A stretch of DNA of 64,000 nt, from NCBI GenBank assembly GCA_000708835.1, contig DF237174.1:1-64000 (forward strand). The letters run 5' to 3'. Positions within the stretch are counted from its first letter, which is position 1; the number at the start of each line of letters is the position of its first letter. Below, in pieces: positions 1 to 11,556 of the stretch. The position numbers and the translations under genes are program-made. Below the pieces are notes generated by a model. That model was not told the origin of the DNA, did no database searches, and worked only from the letters and a program-made list of their open reading frames with translations. This stretch comes from Klebsormidium nitens. Lineage: Eukaryota; Plantae; Klebsormidiophyceae.

Positions 1-118
1 CCGTCTTGCAGACAGCCACGCAGTGCGTCGTTAAGACGTAACCACCGCCGTTTCGCTAACTCGCGGTCAACTAAATCCTGTCGAGAACGAGGTTAGGCTT
101 AACCAGTCGTAATCGTTA

Positions 119-519
119 CAGGGTGCCACTTCAAAGTGACGGTACCCTAACGTCCAATCATCAGTTTCCGGTGAGTTCTACCTGTATGACTTATACGTAG
201 GGCGGGTGTTCTGCAGCACTGACAGATAGGTAGGTTACCTATCTTGCCGTGCTGTGCAGTGTGCACTGTACACTGTGTACAGTGTAGATACTAGGACTGT
301 GATTGGCATGTCCTAGTCTCTACTGAGAGTCTAGAGTGGTCAAATCCGTACCGACTCCCACGTACCGTAGCTCCAACGCCTCAACATTGCGTCGGGACTC
401 GGGAGCCAGTCCGCTGCACATGTACCGGGTAGCCGGGCCTCTTCCCCGGGGCGCAAACCTTGGCGGGGCCCGACCGCCCAAGGGTACGGTACGTACCGTC
501 ATTGTGAAGTGGCACCGTG
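119..519. mobile_element. Degenerate inverted-repeat pair (119-145 / 493-519) related to the TIR at the gap; probable DNA-transposon/MITE ends
   Basis: 119-145 CAGGGTGCCACTTCAAAGTGACGGTAC matches the reverse complement of 493-519 at 24/27. The reverse complement of 121-147 (GGGTACCGTCACTTTGAAGTGGCACCC) aligns with the TIR at 11558 (GGGTACCGTCATTTTGTAACTGGTACCC). The end at 147 is followed by TAA. Confidence 0.55.
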
Positions 520-1790
520 GTACGTACAGGAAGCGTAGGTACCTAGTATACCTGTAAGTTGTAACCTAGGCCATGCGTACTTTCTCAAAGGGCGACAACC
601 CCCCCCCCCTCAGGTGCCTAGCCAGTCGAAGATATATACCTATATCGCGTCATGCAAGCCTATGGCCTCACGTAAGCTACCTAGGAAGCAAAGAATCGTC
701 CAGAAAACGGAGTGTGAATCAGGGAATTTGTGACCATCGTACCGAACTTGCTGTAGATCGTCAAAAAAAGTAAGGAGGATATTCACATTCTTTGACAAGC
801 GGAATCGGGTAATCGGGTCAAAATATTTGCGGGATTTTGCCCTGCGCTTTTAGCGGTGGACAAAAAGCCAGGGCTACGCCCCGGTCCCCAGCCCCACAGG
901 CCACGGCCCAGGTGCAAAGGCCTGAAGTAACCCGCTCCCTCCCCCACGCTAAGTTGCATGGTGCATCAGGTATACCAAGTCTCAGACCCCCCCCCGCATC
1001 AGAATACCTACCCGGCGCGCGCGGCGTGCCCTTCGCTTCAAGTTAGCTAGCCGCGCTTGCTCGGGCCGGGCCCCCGGGCCATGCGCGATACCTACGTAGG
1101 CGCTGCTGCGCTACCGGCTGCCACCCCGAGGGCACTCTTTGCCCCGATCGAGCCCCGGGAGACCTCGATATACCCGGGGACTGGGTTGAGATTCAACCCT
1201 GTAATTAATTTCATTGGTGTTTGTGACTTGTCAGAAGATGCCGTACTCAAGGAATCAGTGCAGCTGATTGACGTCCGGAACCGGCGAGCAGTCGGCGGCC
1301 CGCCGACGGTCCTTTGATAACCAGGATCATACCGGTATCCTGTAGATCGAATCATCGAACGCTAGTAGGAACGCTAAATTTAATTTGGCCGGCAGAGCTT
1401 CGAAGTCTTCACTTCTGTTTGGTCTGTACACTGTACGCCTAATAATGCAATAAACCAGCGCCATGGCAAAACGATCGTTCAAAGTCGTCACAGGGTCCCT
1501 GCACGATAAGGGTCCAGATATCAGCACTGGCGGGCCAACTCAGACTACGATCACTTACACTGCCAACAGTCTGATGATTGGAGAAGATTCCCAACCCTTG
1601 CAGCAGCTGCTTGAACTGCCTAGCTGAGACTAGCGCCTCAGGAGGGCTGCAGCCAACTTCGGCTGAATCACTGGCAGCAGCTATAAATCAATGCCCCAAG
1701 CGTTCATTTCCACCATTGCAAGAAAACGTCCTTCTTTCCTTCACTCAACAGCGTTCTCCAGATTCTCGGCGACCAGTCCCTCTCACCATC

Positions 1791-3992
1791 ATGGCTTCCC
1801 GCACTGTCGCAGCGGTGCTGCTGGTCGCCCTCCTGGGGGCCGCCGTTGCTCCCTTTGCCCTGGCCGCGCCCCCCCAGACCGTAAGCATTTACTGAAGACT
1901 CAGTGCAGAAATGAACTTACATACTACAGTGTTGCTTCATTTTCTTAGTCTGAGAATTGCAAGGTTTTCTGGACTTCGGTTCGTTTGCAACTTTGTCTTT
2001 GCGTACGTCGGAAAGGCCTGTGAATGCCACTGAGGTGAAAGTTGATGTTTTGAAAGAGGAAGCAATGTGCTTGTGATGTTGCTTGGTACTATTGGTCTCA
2101 AGCTGAATGCTGAATGCTAAATGCTGCCAGCCAGTACACTGCAATGCCGCCTTTCGAAGGCCATTTTACGAGAGACATGGTGTGCACTGGAAATGACTTC
2201 TCCGAGTGACTCCCTACCAGCTGCCTTGAACTGCGTATCTGCATTCTTGGTTGGAACAACATTCTCAGCTTGTTTGCTTTTCTCACCTCTTCCAACTTTG
2301 GTAACTTGACAGTAGAAGCTTGCTTTTTGACTGGTTTTGGTGGAAAGCCCCTTCCCTCTGCAGGGGAACCCCCTTGCTGTCTGACTTTAACCTGACTGAA
2401 AATGTAGTCTGCTCTCATGTTCAAACATATTCAACTGTTCTGTGCCTCTTCCCTGGTCACAAACAGAGGCTAGTGGACAGCATTTGACCTAGAGGCATTC
2501 CTCTTTTTTGATAGTAAAGCGTAAAAGGCAGCATGTCACTCCCTTATGACCCTGATGATCTCAGCTTTGCAGCGTCCCATAGCTAAAGCCTTGAAACCAC
2601 GTGCTCCTTGAACCAGCTTTCCCTTGTTTCCAGATCATCAGGGTCCGCGGAGTTGGGCCCACTTTCAAGCAAGGCGACTACCCCAACGCGGTCGGCACTG
2701 CCAAGGTGAGTCACAGCAAACTTCCTGCTAACTAAGCTTGGTTGGCCTTTGGTTAAGTCTCTTTGTGCTGATGTGATCAGAGGGGTCACTCGCAAAGTTG
2801 AGTCCCCTGTTTCACCACGTTTAAGAAAAGCTACTTCTTGCAGATCTGACTCAGCATAGTTGTCTGAGAACCAGTATGTTTCTCTGTCATTTCCACAATG
2901 CGTCAAACCACTGTTCTCAAGTGACCAGCATTCTACGGAAGATTGCATTCGCGCACATTGGTATATCTTTCTGAGACATCTTCATGACCTGAGCTTGTGT
3001 GACTTAGCTCAAGCTTGGATCTCCCACTGACGTGAGGACCCCTGTTTTGCTGACGTGGATCTTCTCCCAACGTGATTCTTGCGCAGATCTTCAGCTACAC
3101 CGCCTATGACTTCTATGACAAGAGCGTCGTCTACGGCCAGGTGACTGGCAAGTGCGATGTGGTCAACGCCTTCTCCGGAGGCTCTGTGGAGAACTGCCAG
3201 TACTCCTTCGACTTTGACGCAGGCAAGACCCGGACTTCCTTCTACTTTTTTCTGAACTGCATTTTGGTTGCAGGGAAGCTAGGATCAGTATCTGGTGGAA
3301 TAGCTATGTTGCGGTGTTGGCGGAACAGGAGTCATGGGAACAGGCTCAACTTGTTTAGCGCACGAGAAAGCTTAGCTTCCTGAGATGGTTCTAGACGATT
3401 TCAAAGAGAAACGATCGCTTTGCAAAAGCATGTTTGGAGGGGACCTGAGTGGGATCAAAACGGTAAATCTGAGCGGCAACATTTATTGCTAAGCTGAGTG
3501 TTCCATCTTTTTTCAATAGTACATCATTCTGGATATAGTTTCGCAAAGTGTCTTTTGAAATCCGTAGTTTCCCTTCAACCTATCTCGTAGGGTCAGGTAG
3601 TAGTGCCATACCAAGAGGAAAACTCCAAACTTCTGACGTCCCTTTCTTTCCGCACCCAAATCTCCGTTCGAATAGATCCCTGACGTACTAGCTTCCTGGC
3701 TATTGGCTTGGCCTCCGTACTGTGAATTTATAAAGACCCCGCAAGTCTGGGCTTCATCTTTAATGTCACCGCTCTGACGCAAGCCATGACGTCATCTGCT
3801 GCAGGCCAGATCATGGTCATCGGCAACGTGCACACCGACTACCGCCCCGAGAGCTTCCTGGCCCTAGTGGGAGGAACCCGCAGCTACCGCGAGGTCACCG
3901 GGCAGATGCAGCGCCGCGTCATTGCCGCCGACAAGCGTATCTTCCCCAACGAGGACTCTGAGAACGAGTACATCCTGGCACTCAGCGCTTAA
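1791..3992 (+). CDS. Small secreted protein (137 aa), dirigent / allene-oxide-cyclase barrel-like; exons 1791-1880, 3087-3222, 3805-3992
   Basis: The spliced frame is open (414 nt). Exon 1 encodes a signal peptide (MASRTVAAVLLVALLGAAVAPFALA). The C-terminal exon has GQIMVIG...FLALVGGTRSYREVTG, resembling the GxIxxxG and LAxxGGTGx[FY]xx[AV]xG motifs of dirigent/AOC-like barrels. Intron 2 uses a GC donor. Confidence 0.75.
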
Positions 3993-5645
3993 GTGATGGG
4001 GACACAGAAGTGCCCGGTGCAAATTGTACCGGGCGGAGCTGTCGGTAAAGTTTAGTACGCCGAGGTTGTCCGCAGTTTGTAACGGGTCCGGCGAGAGAAG
4101 GAGAGTCGGAGTGGATTCAATTAGTCGTTGAATAAGATGTATGCTTCATTCGAGCATGCTCTTTAGGGTCGGGTTTCTAGTACAGTTGTCGAAGACTCCG
4201 TTTGCTTGAAAGTGAGTTGTAAAACGGACTTCAGTCAACAAGTATTTAGTTTTAAGATTTTGTAGCGGCATTTATAATAGGTTCGGTTGGAGGAGATGAT
4301 TGCATTGGTGTAGGGTTCGTGGAGGATTCGTAGCCCCAACCGAACCGTATCTAACATACTAGACTTTTCTTGTCAAGGGGATTAAACTGGACATATCAAA
4401 ACCCTTGATATGTTCACAGGTTAAATTATGTTTGATTGCGAAAAGCCTTGCCGAGAATTTGATGCATGAATTTCTTTCTTGCCATGCATGTTGTTTTTCA
4501 ACAATGATTGTCAGCCAGGCACCGCACTCAATTAAAGTCGACGTCTGTCCGCATCGAGCTGCGGACACATCAATGATTCCAGGCAAGCGTATACGAGTTG
4601 CACCTACTTATGTTCGTACCAAAGCAGGCCCTCCATGCAATTGGGTATGGCCGGTGGCCATCAATGCAGTTTAGTATAGTAGAACTGGCAGCGCTTGTGG
4701 GAGAGGTGTAGAACAGACAAACTTGAACCCAATGACCAGCTACCCTTCAGATCCGAGTCCTCGCGACGGTGCACTCTCAAATTGGTGGTTTTTTTGTACT
4801 CTGGAGTCGCGCAGAATAAACAATTAAGATTAGCGTACGTCAAAAAAGGCCTTTCAGGGGGAAAATTGCCAACATGAACTGGCGCCAGGTCGTTGTCCAG
4901 TTCTTCAGGTGAATGTTTTCTGTTCAGGATCTCATGTGACCATGACAGCGCGTATAATTGTCCTCTATAGCTGGCAACTTCGAATATCAGACGCGCGAAA
5001 GGCCGCCCTGCCTTTGGAAAGTGCAGCATCATTCAATCAATCGATTTCGATGCCTATGCATGTTACGCAACAAATCCAACGAGGTTTCTGGTTCAAGATT
5101 AAGAACGTATTTAAATGCTGGCATGTGTTTCAGTACATGTGGTGAGATCATTCTCTTCGATTGCACGTGCATTCCTCGATAGACAAATAGCATTCGTTAA
5201 TCACTGAGTCATGTATGCAGACCTAATTAGAGCCGTCCGAAAGTTCCGAAGTTGATCGAAGCTGCAGTGCCTCGGTCGGAACACATCTTGCCGCGCCATC
5301 CAATCACTTTCAGCATGAGGCAGTGACGCGTTAACATTGGCTGACGGTGTAGGTATATGCTTTCTTGTAGAGACTCATACATGCCCAGTCTGTGCAGGTC
5401 ACTAATCGATATAAAGAAACCAATCTCTCTCCCTCGCGTTCAGCAGGAGTCCCATGCACATGATGCATGCAACTTCGCGGTTAAGTCAGAATGAGGCAGA
5501 ACCAGATTCGGTCTCTTGCATATACCCCTCACTTCCCTAGCTGGGGCGAAGCCGACAAGATAAGCACTTGGCGTGCACATTAGTCTATGGAGCCCTGTAC
5601 ATTAACGCTTTAATGTACAAACCGGTCCGAGTTGCGAGCAAGGCG

Positions 5646-8600
5646 TTATTGTTTGCTTGACAAGGACTTAACCCCCCACCATCTCTTCTTTCTCTTTTTC
5701 TCCGCCGACGGCGACGCGTCCTCGTCCTCAACTTCCTCTGTAAACGGCTGCGGCAACACTTCCGAAGAGAACTCCGCGTAGATCTTGTCGCGGAGACCTA
5801 GGAGCTCGTCGACTTGCTTCTTCTCCACCGCGTACTTTTGTGTGACCTCCGCGTACTTCGCAACAGCCTGCAAGCCGAACAGGACAGGACGTAATGACCA
5901 GAAAGGAAGAGCGTCTAGGTCCGGAACGAAAGTCGGAGTCGAGGCAGCTTTCCAACCTTGTCGAACGTGTCCCTTTCAGAAACAGATCTTTTGACCCTCT
6001 CTGATCTCAGCATTTCGCCCAAAAACCTTTTCTTCGAATTGATATACGCGTTCGGGCCTCCGCCCGCAACTGTTCGACCGTTCAAGCGTCCGGCTATGCC
6101 AATAAAACGCATCCTAGAAAAGGCCACCGCGGGCCCCTCCGACAAGAACTGTTTTTGTACGACGCTGAGCATGCGCCTCGCGCCTCTCGACGCTCTTCAT
6201 AAAATGGAACGGATTAACGCGGGAGAAAGACTGATCCGAGCAGTGCAAGGACCCGTACAGACCGGACTCTTTTTCCGGGCACTATTCCGAGCGCCCCTAG
6301 AGACTGCGATGCGTGGTTATCCGTTGCAATTGAGCACGGGGGAAGATGCCGTCACAAACGCCGCGAAATCCGGAACACGTAGAATCTCCGGGACGGGTTC
6401 GGGCGCTTACGTCTCGGTAGACCGTCTCGAAGGCCTTGAGGTCGTTCCGCTTGTCCAGCAGGATCCGCTCGATGTTCTCCACCTTGTCCTTCACTTCCGC
6501 GATCTTATCCACCACTAACGCCTCGATCGAGTACGTCGCGCTCTTGAAAAAGTTGTCGCCTGCGGCATGACGTCACTCAAAGTTAGCCTTACGTCAGATT
6601 GCACCTTGCGTCGATCCTGACCCCAGTGACCTCCGCAATCTTATCCACCTCAATCGAGTATGTCGCACTTCGTCGCCTGCAGACATGACGTCACTAAAAA
6701 TGAGACGGACGTCACATTGCGCGGATCTTCTGTATAACCAGCGCCGCTATTGAGTACGTTGCGCTCTTGAAAAGATTGTCGCCTGCGGGCATTACGTCAC
6801 TTGGGGTCAGCCAGCACGCTCAGACAAGCTAATTCAAACACGGGAAGCTCGATCGTCATCACAGATCCGACTGTATAAATGTCCTGTGGTATACATACTA
6901 GTGGTATACTGACTTTGATTTGGCCGACTTTAGAGTTCTGTGACACACTTTGATTGGCGTCGCTAGCGCATCCGTTCTCTTGTGCCGACACCTCGCGCTC
7001 ATGACTAGTTTCCAGGCGAGACGCGATTCAGCTGATTATGTTTTTGGCTTTGCAGCCCGTATGCACATGCGAAAATGTCAACCATAATTGTCCTTCTAAT
7101 GCATGTTTTTGCCAGCTTTGAAAGACCAGTGAGAGAAGCGATAGCCCCCTCATATGGAACTTCAGATCCTAGACGATTGATGAATCTTCTCTTCGGTGTT
7201 TTAAACCATTACTCGGGTACCTCATGAACCCTGAGAAGGAGGCTCCGGGTAAAGATAACAAACTGCGGCCGCTCACCATACACCGCAAAGATATGCTCCC
7301 CCGCGTCTAGTCGCGTCACCTCAGCCGGTTGAAGCCCGTCTAACCGCTTGAACAGCGCGGCTTCTGGGTCTTTTGCTACATGCAGCTGTGACGAAACACT
7401 GGTTTAGTGGGGTGGGGTTAGCGAGGGGGACTCGTTGGCGACGCGGAGTCTGAGAAACGAAGCCGCTTGGCCAGGCAGGGTTTGGAAGCGCAGGCGGTCA
7501 GGGAGGGGGGGTTTGGAAAGCGAAGCCGGATGGCGAAAGGAAACCTGGAGAACGAGGGTGCTCAACGAGGTGGCGGAAAGAGCACAAGGTCGGTTAGTAC
7601 GATTTGGTGACGAACCAAAGCCGGTTAGCGGGTAACGAGTTGGAAAGGAAGCCAGCTAGCGATGCGGTGTATGTCCGTTCAAGTTTGCAACGCGGGCTGG
7701 AAAAGATGCCGGTAGCGATGCGGGTTGCGGCACTCGAAGCAACGAGGCAGGGTCTGAGGTTTGAAGCGGGTTAGCAGGTAAGACAGTCCCATTTAAGAAA
7801 ACCACTTGGCAAGGCAGAGTTCCGATGTATGGGGCCAATGCAATCGACTCTTTATTAGGGGATTTTGACCACGTCCAATCACACGCGGATGTTCGACTGC
7901 GACAATCAAGTGCCTGAAAAGCAAAGGGGAGCTTTCTCCAAAGAAGTTCTCGTCTCCGCAAGGGCGCGACGGAGTCGACCAACACAGCGACGTTGATGCT
8001 GGTGATAGGCAGGCACATTTTGAAGAAACGCAAGGCTGTGATTCGTTTTCACAAGATTCATCCGACCTGACCAAAATGCATTTCAGGAGTGGCGTCGGTC
8101 ATCGCAAGAAGGCACCCGAAATCGTTTCGTCGCTCAAACTGGGCCTCTTAAATGCTTCCAATTGGATTTGGCTCCGACTTGTGGGGCCAGGGTCTTAGAG
8201 CTGACCGAGAGCTTACCGGGTTTACTGTCGGGTCTAATCGGTGCAGTTTGAAGTTGAGGAAATAGAAGCCCGCTGCCGTCACTTTCCCGGCTTTCACGCT
8301 GTCTTCTTGCGCGACAAGGTTATAGCCCCCCACTTGAGGATCGGGGTCGAAGAGCAACAACTGGAGACACAGGTTGCGTGTTTTGACGGACTGTTCGCAT
8401 AACCCAAATCTTTCGCTGATCGAAGAATCACGACAACATTGCGTCAAAAAACGCTCCCCTTGAAGCAGTTCAATGCAACTACTTGGCAATGAGCAAGCAG
8501 AGAGTCTGCGCAGCGTTTCTGCTTGCTTTCACCAGCACAATACGCCTTCCTCACCTTACCCCCCCCAACCCCACCTTTAGCCTTTCATGGAAGATTGGAT

Positions 8601-10965
8601 TATAATCTCAGGGACACACGTCGCAAGCAGCAAACTGATGTCAATGATCCGCAAACATAGTGATGGGCAGAAAAAAGTCCCCCTGGGCAAGTCGTTGAAT
8701 CCCCAGAACAATCGAAGTTTCCACTCCAGATACCTATGTCAGGAGTAGGAAGACCTGCATTGAACGCCGGTCTCCACGCACGACCTAGATGGTTGCTTCT
8801 TTCAAAGCTGTACCTCACTGCGTGATAAGAAAGACCAAAGACAACAGCGTACTCTCACCTTGAACTTGCTTTGCGCATGCGACGTCACACGGACCACGAC
8901 GCCTGCGTCAGAGTGCTCTTGAGTGACGACCAGCTTGTAGTAGTTGGCATGCTGCTTTTCCACCTGACAAGCCGCGCCAAAACCACTGTATCAATTTCAA
9001 ACCCCTCTAAGTCGAAGCCCGACTTCCTGACCGCAAAAAGAGCCCTCTAAAAATAAGCAACCAAGCTAAGTGACTTCCGAGTATCTTGGGGTCGCGAGCT
9101 TTGATCTAGATCATTGCGACTGACGGCTGATGTGCCGATGCCTTGCCAAAGCTTTGCCGAGCAAGGAACATGGAGGAGATGGATCTCTCAGCGACGCTTG
9201 AGAAGAGACGAGAAGTAGTGAAGAAATGTCTCCGGCTCACTTTCGCCTGAATTGGGACACCCCAGGGGAGTGTGACAGCTGGCAGTTGACCAGATAAGGC
9301 AGCCTCCAGTATTGACGGAGCCACTGCGCAGTAACACACGTTGTCAGCTGGGAAAGTGCAGTGGTCACACGTAGGTCGACTGTGATTGAGGTACTGACAC
9401 AAAGCATCTGAACTCGTCCGAGACGTACCAGGGAAAGCAAGATTCATGGATGGCGTTGGCTAAAACAGGAAAACTTCGCAAACAAAGATCAGCTACTTGC
9501 GGCGTACGCTGCGGTAGGGAAAGCTACGCTCAAAACCTACCTATGATTCTGGTTTGAATAAGAGAGAGCAGGACCAAAGGGACTTTCGAGATGGTTTGAA
9601 TAAGAGAGAGCAGGACCAAAGGGACTTTCGAGAAGAAACATTCACCAACAGAGAAGCAGTCGGACATGTTGCAGTTCTGCAGGTAGCGGGCGAAAAACCG
9701 CCATATGATGACAATCAGGACAAAGGAGCAGAAACGTTCGGCCGCTACTTCACAATTTGCGGTTCAGACTTGTCAAAGAGCAAAGAAGAAAGTTGCTTGG
9801 AAGCGTCACCTGCCGTCTTGATCGGCACACCCAGCTTGCTAAAAAGAGCGGCGAACATCGTGTTGACAGTCCCCTGACAAAAAAAAGACAACAATCAGAC
9901 TTTCCCAATCAGACGCAATGTTCATTTGGCTGTTACTCCAATACCAAATGCGACGGCTGTGCTTTTATAAACCCACCGAACAGCACAAGTGTCGGCATTG
10001 TCTTTTTACATACCCATAATGCTTGTCGGAAGCGCCAGGTCAATCAGTTTCAACAAATAAACATGTGGCGCATCGACTCCGGCCATTGCTTTGTGCTAGA
10101 TCCTGGTGGTTACTGCCGGTTGATATGTGATTTGCAGTCCTCGGAATCCACTGACTACATGGGAAAGTGGTGGAACGTAGCCTCAGTGCCGGCATCTGAA
10201 TGAATACACCAAGGGGGGCCAGAATGCATTCCTACGAACTCACCAAGCTGGAGAGGTCAAGCTCCATCTCCATTGCTTCCATGTCGACACCCTGCATCGA
10301 CAGATGACTTTTGAATGCCAGAGGTGGTGCGTGAACTTATGCAACCCAGCGTAACTCCTATTGCAATCAGCTGAGCTTTGTACAGGTTGGATATCGCCTC
10401 AAAGATTGAGTTGCTTTAGATAGACTACAACAAGCTGCTAGACAGGCAGTTGCGTCAAAGGTTTTTAAAAGAAGAAGCTTTGAATATGGGCCAAACCTAC
10501 TACACAGGCGAGTTTCGAGACAACCAGACTTACATCATAACCATGCGCGTCGTACTGCCTCTTCTTATCAGGGTCGCTGAGGATTGCATATGCAGTTGCG
10601 ACCTCCTTGAAGGATTCAGTGGCCTCCGGGCTGTCATTCTTATCTGCATTAAAAAGAGGGCATTTGTCTCAAGGTACAAGAGTGGAAACTCCAAGAATGA
10701 TGGCAAATGCTGGAAAGCACAGAAGAACCATCTTTGTGAGATCATGCCCGTCGAGGCATCTGCTGCAGAAAGATCTGACGAGGGAGACATATTGGGGGGT
10801 GAAAGGACGGTTAATTGAGCACCTACCTGGATGAAACTTCAATGCCAGCTTCCGATAAGCGGATTTGATCTGATCAGCAGTTGCGGTCTTAGGAACACCT
10901 AGAATCTCGTATGGATCCCGCTTGAGGGTCTTCTGGCCTGCGCTAAGCTGCGAGCTTTCAGCCAT
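5646..10965 (-). CDS. ARG1: DnaJ protein ARG1/ARL (Altered Response to Gravity-like), about 10 exons
   Basis: The J-domain reads [23 protein letters not shown]|[32 protein letters not shown]. Family-diagnostic exons include [20 protein letters not shown] (~9810-9873), [19 protein letters not shown] (~8220-8370), [27 protein letters not shown] (~7280-7385), [32 protein letters not shown] (6411-6559) and a coiled-coil last exon ending KRKKRWW (5646-5867). Confidence 0.95.
6525..6800 (-). repeat. Three tandem copies of a 3' splice site plus exon head (true exon at 6559; degenerate copies at 6676 and 6782)
   Basis: On the minus strand each copy reads GTGACGT(C/A)ATG..GCAG|GCGAC..., followed by AAGAGCGC..ACGTACTC-like sequence. 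Spacing is 117 and 106 bp. Confidence 0.9.
9550..9633. repeat. Perfect 42-bp tandem duplication in an ARG1 intron
   Basis: TGGTTTGAATAAGAGAGAGCAGGACCAAAGGGACTTTCGAGA occurs twice in tandem. Confidence 0.97.
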
Positions 10966-11556
10966 GGCTCTAGATCAACTCCCTCTCGTGCAACCAGAAG
11001 TGTCCTGCCTCTAGATCTGACTTACCTTAAACCTTTAATGAGCACAATTTCATCGCCCAATCAGTCAAAAGAAGAAAGGCACCGGAAGCGCTTCCTCAGA
11101 TGCTGATGCAGAAGAGCAACAACTACAAGTCTTCAGACACCAGCACGCCCAAATTCCTGATCAAGCAGACAATTGGACGGAACTTGAACGCTCGCTAGCT
11201 GCTGTTTTCAATGCTTCCCCAATCGATGGCTTTCTGTGCTTGTCGCGGTCCTTTCCTTTAGTCTTTTCTCTCTATGTTGACCGACACACAGCGCCCTGCA
11301 GCCCTGGTTCCAGTTGCAAGCTGCCTGGCTGCCTTCCCTTGATTCTTGATTCTTGAAGTTGCAGGCTCAGGCTCTGCAGGGAAAATGAGCAAGGCGAGAT
11401 TCCGAATTGGGAAATTGGTCGCTCCATTCAGAGCGCAGAAAACCAATTCCTTTCAAACAAGCTGTACAACAAGAGCAGAACGGGGCTTGTGGATAATTTC
11501 TAAGGACCACCTGGCGGCGACCTGAACGGGCAAGAACCTGGTCGCTAAAAGAACTA

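Noticed and set aside
4280-4346. 11-bp perfect inverted repeat GGTTCGGTTGG/CCAACCGAACC
   Set aside because: It is short and isolated in a 3' region with no TSD; plausible by chance in this palindrome-rich DNA.
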